Notes: a model not told the origin generated them from the letters alone. Counted from the stretch's first letter, positions 49,437 through 59,287 are shown. The stretch: DNA of 64,000 bases from an uncultured Candidatus Binatia bacterium (GCA_965215605.1 OZ244070.1:2528001-2592000), one strand, 5' to 3'. A program made the numbers and translations.

Positions 49437-50624
49437 GTGGAACAGCAAGCTCCGGCCCCGCGAGGCTGGCTTCGGGACTTCCTCCTGACCTGCGGTGCCC
49501 GCTTCGGGCTCTTCTTCGCCATGTTCCTGATCGAGCCGGTGTTCCCCGTGTACCTCAGGAACATGGGGACCAGTTCGTTCATGATCGGCGTGGTCATGGC
49601 CGCCTTCCCGCTCGGCGCCACCTGGGTGAGACCGCTGGTGGGAGCCTACATCGACCGCCTGGGCAGCAAGGTCTTCCTCGTGGGCGGGCTGACCATCTTC
49701 ATCACCGCCGCCACGGGCTATATCTGGACCGGCTCGGTGCTGGTGGCGCTGCTGCTGCGTACCTACCACGGCTTCGGGTGGTCGGGATGCACCACGTCGA
49801 TAGGTACGCTGGTGGCGGACCTCTCTCCGGATCACCTGCGCGGCACCCTCATCAGCTACTCCGGGGCGGTGAGCACCGTGGCTTACTCCATCGCTCCGGC
49901 CGTCGCCTTCTCGATCGTCCGCCATCTGGGATTCCCGACGGTGTTCGCCAGCGGGGCGGCGGCGGCGGGGTTCGGCCTGCTGGCGGCGGTCTTGATCCCT
50001 TCGCCGGTGAAGTACAAGCCCGCGCCCACGCGCCGGCGCTGGTTCGACACCTTCATCCTGCCCGCCTCCCTCCTGCCCGCCGTGAGCATGGGTCTTCTGG
50101 GAATCTCCCGCGGCAGCATCATCGCCTTCCTGTCGATCTACGCCCTGGAAATGGGGGGAGATCCAGGCATCTGGTTCGGCGTCTTCGCGGTGGCGGTGGT
50201 GGTCGGCAGGCCCATCTTCGGCCCGCTCTCCGATCGCAAGGGCCGGCCCTTCGTGGTCATCCCCACGTACCTGCTTGCTCTGGTGGGCATGCTGGTGCTG
50301 GTGCTGTCGCGCTCGCCCATGATGCTGCTGGTCTCCGCGGCCATCCTGGGATTGGGCTACGGCTCCGCGCACGCCGCGCTCATGACCATGGCCATCGACC
50401 TGGCGCCGCGCGACCGGTGGGGCCTGAGCATGGCCCAGTACCACCTGTTCTACGACCTCGCCATCGGCGGCGGCGGGGTGCTGGCCGGCATCATGCTCCA
50501 CTTTACCGGAAACAACTATCCCGCTATGTTCTTTGCCACCACGGTGGTGGGACTGGGCGGATTCGTGTTGTTCCTGATGAAGTATCGGGCGGCAGGCGCC
50601 GTCTTGCCGGGGAGTCCGCGATGA
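49437..50624 (+). CDS. MFS transporter
   Basis: About 12 TM segments; G..IDRLG.K and GPLSDRKGR motifs. Confidence 0.88.
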   Translation: MEQQAPAPRGWLRDFLLTCGARFGLFFAMFLIEPVFPVYLRNMGTSSFMIGVVMAAFPLGATWVRPLVGAYIDRLGSKVFLVGGLTIFITAATGYIWTGSVLVALLLRTYHGFGWSGCTTSIGTLVADLSPDHLRGTLISYSGAVSTVAYSIAPAVAFSIVRHLGFPTVFASGAAAAGFGLLAAVLIPSPVKYKPAPTRRRWFDTFILPASLLPAVSMGLLGISRGSIIAFLSIYALEMGGDPGIWFGVFAVAVVVGRPIFGPLSDRKGRPFVVIPTYLLALVGMLVLVLSRSPMMLLVSAAILGLGYGSAHAALMTMAIDLAPRDRWGLSMAQYHLFYDLAIGGGGVLAGIMLHFTGNNYPAMFFATTVVGLGGFVLFLMKYRAAGAVLPGSPR

Positions 50625-50696
50625 CGCCTCGGAGCGGCATGGAGTTCCCCGAGCATCCTTGTCAACGTATTTGTGAAACGAACACCAGGAGGTCCC

Positions 50697-51449
50697 ATGA
50701 ATACATTGGCGGCGGCGTTCCTTGTCCTGTTGCTTTCCACGGCTCCCGCGTTCGGTGCCGATCCCGCACCGGAGAGGGTCCGTATCGGCGTTGATCCCGG
50801 CTACCCGCCATTCAGTGAAATCGACGAGGCGGGCCGGCTCAAGGGCTTCGACATCGACATCGCCCTTGCCTTGTGCGCGCGGATGAAGGTCGCGTGTACG
50901 CTCGTCCGGCAGAATTGGGAAGGGCTTATCCCGGCACTGCTGGCGGGGAAATTCGACGCCATCGTCTCCAGCATGTCGATCACCGAGAAGCGCCGGCGGT
51001 GGGTCGCTTTCACGGACAAGTATTACAGCAGCGTCGTCCGCTTCGTGGCCCGGAAAGGCTCGGGATTCGACCCGGCGGCGCCGACGGGGCGGACCCTTGG
51101 CGCGGCGCGCGCGACGATCGCGTCGGATTGGTTGGAACAGAACCTCTCCGGGGTGGCCGCCATCAGGCAGTTCACGGACCAGGACACGATGTTCGAGGCG
51201 TTGGCCGCGGGCGACGTGGACGCGTTGTTCGGCGACGCCCTGGGTTTCTGGAGATGGCTCGAGAGCCCGGCAGGCGCCGGCTTCACGTTTGTGGGCGATG
51301 GCTACCGCCTGGATGAAGGCATCGGCATTGCCGTGCGCAAGGAGGACGACACGTTGCGCGAAAAGCTGAACCGGGCGATTGAAGCCGTCCGCGCCGACGG
51401 CGCCTACGAGGAACTCAACGCCCGGTATTTCCCCTTCAGCATCTATTAG
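50697..51449 (+). CDS. Polar amino-acid ABC substrate-binding protein (HisJ/ArgT-like)
   Basis: Signal peptide, YPPF, GFDIDIA..LC, WEGLIPAL, SMSITEKR. Confidence 0.9.
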   Translation: MNTLAAAFLVLLLSTAPAFGADPAPERVRIGVDPGYPPFSEIDEAGRLKGFDIDIALALCARMKVACTLVRQNWEGLIPALLAGKFDAIVSSMSITEKRRRWVAFTDKYYSSVVRFVARKGSGFDPAAPTGRTLGAARATIASDWLEQNLSGVAAIRQFTDQDTMFEALAAGDVDALFGDALGFWRWLESPAGAGFTFVGDGYRLDEGIGIAVRKEDDTLREKLNRAIEAVRADGAYEELNARYFPFSIY

Positions 51450-51514
51450 ATCGGCATGCCGGGATCTCAACCCATCGGGGGGCGCGGCGGTCGCGCCGAC
51501 GGGAGGTTATCGAG

Positions 51515-52531
51515 ATGAAGCCCGTAGCCTGCCTGCTCGCCGTAGGACTGACCGTCGGCCTGTTCGCTTCCCCGGGCACCGCCGCCGACCCCATCGTCGG
51601 CTTGATCACCAAGACCGACGCCAATCCGTTTTTCGTGAAGATGAAGGAAGCCGCGCGGCGGAAGGCCAGTGATCTCGGCGTCGAGTTGCGGACATTTGCC
51701 GGCCGATACGACGGCGATACGGAGCCTCAGATCCATGCGCTAGAGAGGCTTGTGGCCGCGGGCGCCAAGGGCATTCTCATCACCCCGTCGGATCCCGCCG
51801 CCCTCGCCGGCCCGGTCCGGAAGGCGCGAGCCGCCGGTGCGCTGGTCATCGCGCTCGATACCCCTTTCGACTCCGTTGACGCCGTCGACGCCACGTTCGC
51901 CACCGACAACTTCCGGGCTGGCGAGTTGATCGGCGCATGGGCCAGGGCGAGCATGGGCGCCTCCGCGGAAGCGGCGAGGATCGCAACCCTGGACCTGTCC
52001 GCGGCGCAGGTCACGGTGAACGTGCTGCGCAACCAGGGGTTCCTCAAGGGCTTCGGCATCGACATCAAGGACCCCGGGAAGCTCTACGATGAGGATGACG
52101 CCCGCATCGTCGGCGCCGGCGCGGCCCTTGGCACCGAAGCAGGCGGGCGCGCCGCCATGGAGAGGCTGCTGCGGAAGATTCCGGGGATCGACGTCGTGTA
52201 TACGGTCAACGAACCGGTGGCGGCCGGCGCTCATGCGGCGCTCAAGGCATCGGGCAGGGAGCGGGAGGTTGTGATCGTTTCGGTGGACGGCGGCTGTCCG
52301 GGGGTCCGAAACGTGGCCGCGGGTGTCATCGGCGCCACCGCCATGCAGTATCCCGTCAGGATGGCCTCCCTCGCGGTGGAGGCGGCGGCGGCATTTGCCC
52401 GGACGGGCAGGAGGCCGGAGAAACCGCGCGCGCTGGACTTCCACGACACCGGCGTCACCCTGGTCACCGAGCGGCCGGTCTCGGGAATCCCGTCCGTTTC
52501 CGCGCGACAAGGTCTGAAGGAATGCTGGTGA
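51515..52531 (+). CDS. Sugar ABC substrate-binding protein (FrcB-like)
   Basis: GLITKTD.NPFFVKMK, ALDTP, ATDNF, SVDGGCPG, QYP. Confidence 0.88.
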   Translation: MKPVACLLAVGLTVGLFASPGTAADPIVGLITKTDANPFFVKMKEAARRKASDLGVELRTFAGRYDGDTEPQIHALERLVAAGAKGILITPSDPAALAGPVRKARAAGALVIALDTPFDSVDAVDATFATDNFRAGELIGAWARASMGASAEAARIATLDLSAAQVTVNVLRNQGFLKGFGIDIKDPGKLYDEDDARIVGAGAALGTEAGGRAAMERLLRKIPGIDVVYTVNEPVAAGAHAALKASGREREVVIVSVDGGCPGVRNVAAGVIGATAMQYPVRMASLAVEAAAAFARTGRRPEKPRALDFHDTGVTLVTERPVSGIPSVSARQGLKECW

Positions 52532-52550
52532 GACTGCGGGCAAGAGGGTC

Positions 52551-54605
52551 ATGAGTGATCCGGCCGTCTCCTGCCGCGTCGGCGTGGACGTCGGCGGCAC
52601 CTTCACCGACGTCACGGTGCTGGACGCGGGCACCGGGCAGATTCGGGAGGTGCGCAAAGTCCCGTCCAACCCCGCGGCGCCGCTGGAGGTGCTGGGCAAC
52701 GTGCTCGCGGACCTGCGCCTCAAGTGGGGCGCCGATTCCCTCTCCTACCTGTTGCACGGCTCCACCCACGCCCTCAATACGGTTCTGGAGGAGAAGGGCA
52801 GCCGCACCGGCCTGCTTACTACCCAGGGGTTCCGCGACGTCTACGAGATCGCGCGTCAGTGGAAGGGCGAGGAGGTGTTCAACATCTTCTATCCCGGGGG
52901 CAAGCGCTTCGTGCCGCGGCGGCGCGTGGCGGAGGTTCCGGAGCGGCTCGACAAGTCCGGAGCCGTGCTCGCGCCGCTGGACCTGGACGCCATCGACGCG
53001 GCGGTGGCCGGGCTCATGGAGCAGGGCATCGACGCCCTGGCCATCGCGTTTTTGTTCTCTTACGTAAACCCGGTTCACGAACGGTTGGCCGCGGAGCACA
53101 TCCGGTCACGCTATCCGGACCTGTTCATCTCGCTATCGTCCGAGGTGAATCCGGTCTGGCGCGAGTACGAGCGCACCGCCACCACCGTGCTGAACGCCTA
53201 CCTTGGCCCGCGCATGGAACAGTATTTCTCCGGCATGGAGGAGACCGTGGCGCGTCATTTCCCGCGGGCGCACCCGTTCCTGATGAAGTCCAACGGCGGC
53301 ATTGGCGCCCCCATGGCCATGGCCCGGTTTCCGGTCCAGACGCTCATGTCCGGTCCGGTGGCAGGGGTGGTGGCGGCGCACGAGTTGGGCGCGCGCGCCG
53401 GGGTCTCCAACCTCATCTCGCTGGACATCGGCGGCACCAGCAGCGACATGTCGCTGATCCCGGGAAGGCCGCTCTTCCGCACCGAGTGGCACATCGGCCG
53501 GCATCCCGTGCGGGTCGATTCAGTGGAGGTGGAGAGCCTGGGGGCCGGGGGCGGCAGCTTGGCCCAGGTGCGCTACGGCAAGGTGCTCCAGGTGGGGCCG
53601 CAGAGCGCGGGGGCGGTGCCCGGACCGGCGTGCTACATGCGCGGCGGCGATCAGCCCACGTTGACCGACGCCCTGGTGCAACTCCGCCACCTGAATCCCG
53701 AGGCCTTGCTCCAGGGCGAGATGCCCATCGATTCGGCGTTGTCGAAGGAGGCCATCCGCCGGCAGGTGGCCGAGCCGCTGGGCATGTCGGAGGACGACGC
53801 GGCTCTGGGGATCCTGCGCGTGCTGGTGGCCAATATCGTCTCCTCCATGCGCACCATGACCATCGAACGGGGCTTCAATCCCGCGGACTTCGTGCTCGCT
53901 CCCTTCGGCGGCATGGGGCCGACGCTGGCGACGGCGGTGGCCGCTTCCCTGGGCATCGGGCGGATCCTGGTGCCCGCGGACCCGGGCAACTTCAGCGCCT
54001 TCGGCATGCTGCTGTCCGACCTGCGCTCGGACGCGGTCACCACCCGGGTGGTGACGCTCACGCCGGATTCGCTGGCGGAAGCGGTGGCGGCCCTGCGCGA
54101 ACTCGAAGAAACCGTGCGGCGCGACCTCGCCGCCCAAGGACCGTCGCCGGACCAGATCCGTGTTGATTGGCTGCTGGACATGCGCTACCGTGAGCAGGCC
54201 TACGAGTTGACGGTCCCCATCGCCAAGGATGCCGCGAAACTCAACGTCGACGAGATCTGCGACCGTTTCGGCCAGGCCCACGAGCAGCGCTACGGCCACC
54301 GGGCCGATGACGAGGTCGTGGAGGTGGTCAACCTGCGGGCGTCGGCGTACGCCTCGCTGGGCAAGCCGGAGTTGTCACGGCGCGAAGGCGGCGGGGAGCG
54401 GCAGGCCGCTGCCGCGCACCGCGGGGCGGTGATGCTCGACGGCGTCCACGACGTGCCGGTGCTTCGCCGTGACGAGCTGGCCCCGGGACAGGCCTTGAGC
54501 GGGCCCGTGATCGTCGAGGAGAAGACTTCCACCACGGTGGTGGAGCCGGGTTGGGCGCTACGCGTCGACCCGGAAGGGAATCTGGATATCACGCGCGCGA
54601 CGTGA
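52551..54605 (+). CDS. Hydantoinase A/5-oxoprolinase family subunit
   Basis: GVDVGGTFTD, REYERT, SGPVAG, DIGGTSSD, GAGGGS, GPQSAGAVPGPACY. Confidence 0.92.
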   Translation: MSDPAVSCRVGVDVGGTFTDVTVLDAGTGQIREVRKVPSNPAAPLEVLGNVLADLRLKWGADSLSYLLHGSTHALNTVLEEKGSRTGLLTTQGFRDVYEIARQWKGEEVFNIFYPGGKRFVPRRRVAEVPERLDKSGAVLAPLDLDAIDAAVAGLMEQGIDALAIAFLFSYVNPVHERLAAEHIRSRYPDLFISLSSEVNPVWREYERTATTVLNAYLGPRMEQYFSGMEETVARHFPRAHPFLMKSNGGIGAPMAMARFPVQTLMSGPVAGVVAAHELGARAGVSNLISLDIGGTSSDMSLIPGRPLFRTEWHIGRHPVRVDSVEVESLGAGGGSLAQVRYGKVLQVGPQSAGAVPGPACYMRGGDQPTLTDALVQLRHLNPEALLQGEMPIDSALSKEAIRRQVAEPLGMSEDDAALGILRVLVANIVSSMRTMTIERGFNPADFVLAPFGGMGPTLATAVAASLGIGRILVPADPGNFSAFGMLLSDLRSDAVTTRVVTLTPDSLAEAVAALRELEETVRRDLAAQGPSPDQIRVDWLLDMRYREQAYELTVPIAKDAAKLNVDEICDRFGQAHEQRYGHRADDEVVEVVNLRASAYASLGKPELSRREGGGERQAAAAHRGAVMLDGVHDVPVLRRDELAPGQALSGPVIVEEKTSTTVVEPGWALRVDPEGNLDITRAT

Positions 54606-54614
54606 CCAAAGCGT

Positions 54615-54639
54615 GTAGGGGGCGGGTTCGAACCCGCCC
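54615..54639 (+). repeat. GTAG-type REP-like palindrome
   Basis: GTAG-G followed by the perfect 20-bp palindrome gggcgggttcgaacccgccc. Confidence 0.6.
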
Positions 54640-54678
54640 GTGTTCGGGCCGCCGCGTGGCCCGGGATGGAGGCATCAC

Positions 54679-55641
54679 ATGAAGATTCTGATTACGGGCG
54701 GCATGGGAGTCAACGGCGCGGTGACGGCGAGGCACTTGGTCCGGGACGGCGTGCGGCCGGTGCTCATGGACAACCGGATGGACACCTCCCTGATCTCGGA
54801 CATCGAGAAGGACGTCGATTTGGTGATCGGGGACATCCTGGACCCCGAGGGCCTGGACAAGATCGTCGCGGACCACGGGATCACCCACGTGGCGCACCTG
54901 GCGGCGCTGATGCCCATTCCGGCGGAAACCGATCCGGCCCTGGGCATCAAGGTCGGCGTCGACGGGACCCTGAACGTGCTCGAGATCGCGCGGCACCGGG
55001 GGCTCGAGCGGGTGGTGTTCACCAGCTCCAAGGCGGTGTACGGCGAGATCTTCGGCCGTCACGCCTATCCCGAGTACGTGCCGGTGAACGAAGAGCACCC
55101 CCAGAACCCTGCGGACCTCTACGGCACCATCAAGGTGTGCTGCGAGACCCTGTGCACCTACTACCAGAAGAAGTACGGGGTAAGCTCCGTGGTGCTGCGC
55201 TTCGGCTCCATCTACGGCCCCGGCAAGGAGGTGCGCCACGGCGCGCTGTCGCTCTACGGCCAGATGATCGAGAACGTCATGTCGGGGAAGGGCTTCACGG
55301 CCACCGGCGGAGACCAGTCCAACGAGGCCCTCTACGTGGGCGACGTGGCCCGCTCCATCATCCTGGGGCTGCAGGCCAAGGACCCCGCCGAGCGGACGTT
55401 CAATATCGGCACCGGCATGGGCGTCACGCTCCACGACTTCAAGCGCATCCTCGGAGGGCTCTATCCGGACAGCGAGATCGAGGTCGGTTCCGGGCTGGAG
55501 TTCCGCATGACCGAGAAGAAGAGCTACTGTATCTTCGACATCAGCAAGGCCAAGGAGCACCTGGGCTTCACCCCGGCGTATGACCTCGAAGCCGGCATCA
55601 GGGACTACATCGCCACCATCGAGCGGCTGAGGCCGCAGTAG
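54679..55641 (+). CDS. NAD-dependent epimerase/dehydratase (extended SDR)
   Basis: ITGGMGVNG, HLAA, FTSS.AVYG, YGTIK, YGPG. Confidence 0.9.
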   Translation: MKILITGGMGVNGAVTARHLVRDGVRPVLMDNRMDTSLISDIEKDVDLVIGDILDPEGLDKIVADHGITHVAHLAALMPIPAETDPALGIKVGVDGTLNVLEIARHRGLERVVFTSSKAVYGEIFGRHAYPEYVPVNEEHPQNPADLYGTIKVCCETLCTYYQKKYGVSSVVLRFGSIYGPGKEVRHGALSLYGQMIENVMSGKGFTATGGDQSNEALYVGDVARSIILGLQAKDPAERTFNIGTGMGVTLHDFKRILGGLYPDSEIEVGSGLEFRMTEKKSYCIFDISKAKEHLGFTPAYDLEAGIRDYIATIERLRPQ

Positions 55642-55645
55642 GGCC

Positions 55646-56389
55646 TTACACAAGCGGATTATAGTCGTCGCTTGCCATTGGTTCGTGCTCGTCCCAATGG
55701 CCGCTCATTTCAATCAAGACGCGTTGCTTGGACGGAGCGGGTAGCGGATTTAGCCGCACGACGCGCGCTGAGTACTTGGGGGTTTCGACCATTGCCGCAA
55801 CCAAGTCGGGCACGAGATAGCGTGGGGTCCAACCGATCATGTGGTAGTCGGACGTCTGAATTTGGACCGCCAAACCCGTCGCCGGATTAGTCAGTTCAAG
55901 CGTCACGTACAGTTCGTCCCACTTAGTCAGGCGGTCGATCCGCTCTTGTGCCGATGAACTCACGTGTCGCCAACCGTGAAGAAAGAAGCGGCAGGTGAAG
56001 CTTCCATCTTCGCGCTTCACGAGTTTCGGAAAAACCTCATAGGCATCCGTGACGCGAGTGCCCCCGCTGACAGCGAGAATCTCCACGGGGTCCGCACCTT
56101 CGGGTAAGTCAAGACCAGACAAGTAGTCTGTAAAATCCGGTCTTGCCCGATTCATAATTCGGTTCTGAAACAGTGGAAACAACTCCGAAGACTGGTAGTC
56201 GTCATCTAGGCGAGGGAACTCGGCCAATAATGGGAAACCGGCCTCGCACTCTGCTCGTTCCGCGCCGCGAATGTAGCGGAAACGATAGAGGGGAGATTCG
56301 GTCCCCACGTCCAGGCGACCTACCGGAAACCATAATCGGCTTTCCTTTCTCTGGTCCTGCCACGCCAGGAAGAGGGTGTTCATGTTCAT
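55646..56389 (-). CDS. HipS-like plus HIRAN-like domain protein (putative antitoxin/DNA-end sensor)
   Basis: LAWQ..W.PVGRL, YRFRY, LFPLFQNR..N..RPD, FFLHGWR, N......AV, IGW.PRYL. Confidence 0.7.
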   Translation of the reverse strand: MNMNTLFLAWQDQRKESRLWFPVGRLDVGTESPLYRFRYIRGAERAECEAGFPLLAEFPRLDDDYQSSELFPLFQNRIMNRARPDFTDYLSGLDLPEGADPVEILAVSGGTRVTDAYEVFPKLVKREDGSFTCRFFLHGWRHVSSSAQERIDRLTKWDELYVTLELTNPATGLAVQIQTSDYHMIGWTPRYLVPDLVAAMVETPKYSARVVRLNPLPAPSKQRVLIEMSGHWDEHEPMASDDYNPLV

Positions 56390-57201
56390 CAGATAAGCTC
56401 TCCCAAATTTCCCAAATTATAGCACATTACTGCGATGGCGAAGGCACGGGCCGACGGTGTCATCCAATCATCAGGCACCCGGCCCACGAGTTCACTCAGG
56501 GAACTCTCGTCAAGCCTTCCAAGTTTATCGAGCGCTGGCCGGAAAAGGTCTGGGTACTTCCGATTCGCTCGCCGGATCAATTCTAGTGGACTGGAACCAT
56601 GGCGCTCGTCCTCCGACCAGTAAATCGCCCCACGCCCCTTTTCCAGATAGTAGCCCACGCGATTCTCTGCTAGGAGTCTATCGCGGCGCGGATCTCTAAT
56701 TTCTCGACCAAGGGAGGAGGCATGATCGAACGAAGGTGCCACGCGACCTCTCCAACGATCCCCCGCACGCCAGCGCAATATACCCCAGTTCTCGTGATGA
56801 CGATCGGTGTTCCCAATCAGTGCATCCAATACCAAGTATTCCGCAAGGCGAAGTTTCGCCCGTCTTGCGCCATCTGCCTTTGAGAAAAATCGGTCCATCA
56901 CGTGCCAGATGTTGGTAAGGGTGTGGCTCGACTGCTTGAATGTCTTCGTGGGATCGTACCCGCGAACTACTCGCTCCAACAATTGGTTGCCGTGGACCAG
57001 TTCGCGGCCACCTCGTGAGAAGGACTCCGTAACCGATCCTCGCTCGCTCTGACACTCAGCCAGTTCTACTTTTGCATGCTCAATCCCCAGCCGAGACGCT
57101 ACCTCGGCGGAAATCTTCTCGGCCCAGTGCTGTCCGGTGTTGCCTTGCGGGTGTTTGAAGAGCCAAGCTGTCTCCCCATCAGCACGGTTTGGAGTACTCA
57201 C
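56389..57201 (-). CDS. HipA-like Ser/Thr kinase (N-terminus possibly damaged)
   Basis: WLFK, HWAEK, DALIGNTDRHHENWG, APSFDHASSLG; TGATG coupling to the downstream gene. Confidence 0.8.
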   Translation of the reverse strand: MSTPNRADGETAWLFKHPQGNTGQHWAEKISAEVASRLGIEHAKVELAECQSERGSVTESFSRGGRELVHGNQLLERVVRGYDPTKTFKQSSHTLTNIWHVMDRFFSKADGARRAKLRLAEYLVLDALIGNTDRHHENWGILRWRAGDRWRGRVAPSFDHASSLGREIRDPRRDRLLAENRVGYYLEKGRGAIYWSEDERHGSSPLELIRRANRKYPDLFRPALDKLGRLDESSLSELVGRVPDDWMTPSARAFAIAVMCYNLGNLGELI

Positions 57202-57249
57202 AGGGATGCACGGGCTCAGGGGGCAAGGGACCCCATCTGCCTCCGTACA

Positions 57250-57271
57250 AAGTACGGCGACCGCCGTACTT
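57250..57271. terminator. Hairpin downstream of the cupin gene
   Basis: aagtacggc-gacc-gccgtactt. Confidence 0.5.
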
Positions 57272-57300
57272 GGCTTGGCTGAGAACGAGTGAACTGTACC

Positions 57301-58401
57301 CTACGCCGCCCCCTGCCGTTCCAGGATGTGGGCCATGTCCACCGTGGCGCCGGAGCGGCCGCAGGCGTCGACGAAGAGCTGGATGACGTCCTCGTCTTCG
57401 TCCTCGTGCTCGATCTGCCAGCCACCCTGGTTCAAGGGGACGTCGGACTGGATCGGGCCGGGTACCAGCTTGAACATGCGGCTCAGCATCTTGAGGGCCA
57501 GGTAGCGGGCGGGCTGGGGGCCGGAGTTGAAGTGCTGGTGGAACCAGCCCTCGGGCGGCACCACCAGGGAGCCGGGCTTCCAGATGAACTGCTGTTTCTC
57601 CTCGCCCTCCGGCCACATCAAGGAATAACCTTCGCCGGAAAGGATCATCACGTGGGCGCCGGGCCCGTGGCGGTGGGCCTTCTTGTAGCGTCCCACCGGG
57701 AACTCGGAGACGTGGGCGCCCATGTGGCTCGCCACCAGCTCGAAGAACACCGTCTTGCTGCCCTTGCCGCGCTCCTCCCAGGCGATGGGCTCGATGTTGG
57801 CCACGTCGGGGATGAAGTTGGTCTCCAGCACCCGGTCGTTGTACAGGCGCGCGTGGCCGCGGAAGTCCTGGTCGTCGTCGAAGCGGTCCCTGAAGGCGAA
57901 GGGATTGTTCATGACGAATTCTTCGTTGTGGAAGATGTTGTAGACCAGCGGCGCGTTGGTGACGCCCAGCAGTTTGACCTCCCGGTCGCCGGAGCCGTTG
58001 AAATGCTGGTAGGTGGCGTTCACCGGGATGGCGAACAGGCTGCCTTCCTGCCACTCGAAGCTCTGCCCCTTGCCGTCGCTCTGCCACAGGGTGGTGGCGC
58101 CCCGGCCCGACAGCACGTACACCAACTCGTCGTAGATGTGCTTCTCGGGGTTGAGGCTCTTGCCCGGCGGGATCGTGACCACGAAGGCATCGTCCAGATA
58201 ACCGGCGCCCTCCAGGTTGATGTAGACGCCGTGGCCGCCCTTGCGGTCCCACCACTTCATCGGCACTTCCTTGAGGTCCTCGACGAAGTAGCCCCGGATC
58301 ACGTCCACGCCCTGAGACACCACCCATCGGTCGTAGGGCGTGTCCATGACCTCGGCGTTTCGGTCGACGCGTTCGAAGTTACCGAGACTCTCTATTTTCA
58401 T
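57301..58401 (-). CDS. Bicupin protein (gentisate-dioxygenase-like fold)
   Basis: EKHIYDE...YQHFN and KAHRHGPG...WFHQHFN cupin motifs; GGAGG RBS. Confidence 0.8.
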   Translation of the reverse strand: MKIESLGNFERVDRNAEVMDTPYDRWVVSQGVDVIRGYFVEDLKEVPMKWWDRKGGHGVYINLEGAGYLDDAFVVTIPPGKSLNPEKHIYDELVYVLSGRGATTLWQSDGKGQSFEWQEGSLFAIPVNATYQHFNGSGDREVKLLGVTNAPLVYNIFHNEEFVMNNPFAFRDRFDDDQDFRGHARLYNDRVLETNFIPDVANIEPIAWEERGKGSKTVFFELVASHMGAHVSEFPVGRYKKAHRHGPGAHVMILSGEGYSLMWPEGEEKQQFIWKPGSLVVPPEGWFHQHFNSGPQPARYLALKMLSRMFKLVPGPIQSDVPLNQGGWQIEHEDEDEDVIQLFVDACGRSGATVDMAHILERQGAA

Positions 58402-59287
58402 CCTTTTCCTCCGGCTTGACCTTCCGGGAGGTGCCCAAATGCCGGAACAACGGCGAGTCCTCCGACAGGAGGGCGGTGCTGTTCTCGGGCAGAAACTTCT
58501 CATAGGCTTCCAGGCTCCGGACGAAACCGTAGAACTCCGGATCCTGTCCATAGGAGGAGGCATAGATGGCCGTGGCTTCGCCGTCGCCTTCGCCCCGCAG
58601 CTTCTGGCTTTGCCGGTATGCTTCCGCCAGCAGAATGGTTTTTTCCTTGTTGGTCCTGGCGCGGATCTTCTTCGACTCCTCCTCGCCTTCGGAACGGTAG
58701 CGTTTGGCGATCCGTTCACGTTCCGCCCGCATGCGCTCGAAAACGCTCGTCTGCACCTCGGAAGGAAGGTCCGCCCGCTTGACGCGGACGTCCACGACCA
58801 CGACGCCGTACTCGCCCTTGGCCTTGTCCGCGGAGCGTTTGGCCACGGCCTCCATGGCCGACTCGCGATGCTGGGCGATGATGTCGGCAAAGTTTCGTGA
58901 CGCGAGCTCCTGCCGCAACTCGGAAAACACGATGTCGTCCATCAACAACTGCCCGCGTTGCTGGGTCAGCGCGGTCTTGAAGAACGTGAGCGGGTCGCTG
59001 ATCTTCCAACGGGTCACGTGGTCCACCACCACGCGCTTCTTGTCCAGGGTCAGATAATCCCTGGGCTGGGCGTCACTGGCGAGGATACGCCGTTCATACA
59101 TCGTGATGTCCTCCACCAAAGGCGTTTTCCAGTGGAGGCCCGGCGAATCCACCGCGCGCTTGAACTTGCCGAACTGCGTCACCACCGCCTGCTGCCACTC
59201 GCCCACGACGAAGAAAGGCCGTACCGGCGGAAACAGGAGGACGACCAGTATCAGGCCGACGACGGTTCCGGTGATGTATCGTTTCAT
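58379..59287 (-). CDS. hflC: FtsH modulator HflC
   Basis: PGLHWK.P, LTLDKK, DVRVKR.DLP, RM.AER...A..YRSEG, RSLEAY. Confidence 0.93.
   Translation of the reverse strand: MKRYITGTVVGLILVVLLFPPVRPFFVVGEWQQAVVTQFGKFKRAVDSPGLHWKTPLVEDITMYERRILASDAQPRDYLTLDKKRVVVDHVTRWKISDPLTFFKTALTQQRGQLLMDDIVFSELRQELASRNFADIIAQHRESAMEAVAKRSADKAKGEYGVVVVDVRVKRADLPSEVQTSVFERMRAERERIAKRYRSEGEEESKKIRARTNKEKTILLAEAYRQSQKLRGEGDGEATAIYASSYGQDPEFYGFVRSLEAYEKFLPENSTALLSEDSPLFRHLGTSRKVKPEEKDENRESR

Noticed and set aside
54620-54640. tRNA T-arm-like GGTTCGAACCC
   Set aside because: No acceptor, D or anticodon arms; it is the centre of a REP-like palindrome.
57301-58890. 529-aa cupin or HflC-cupin fusion
   Set aside because: The extension is a shadow frame of hflC; the cupin has its own RBS and ATG at 58401.
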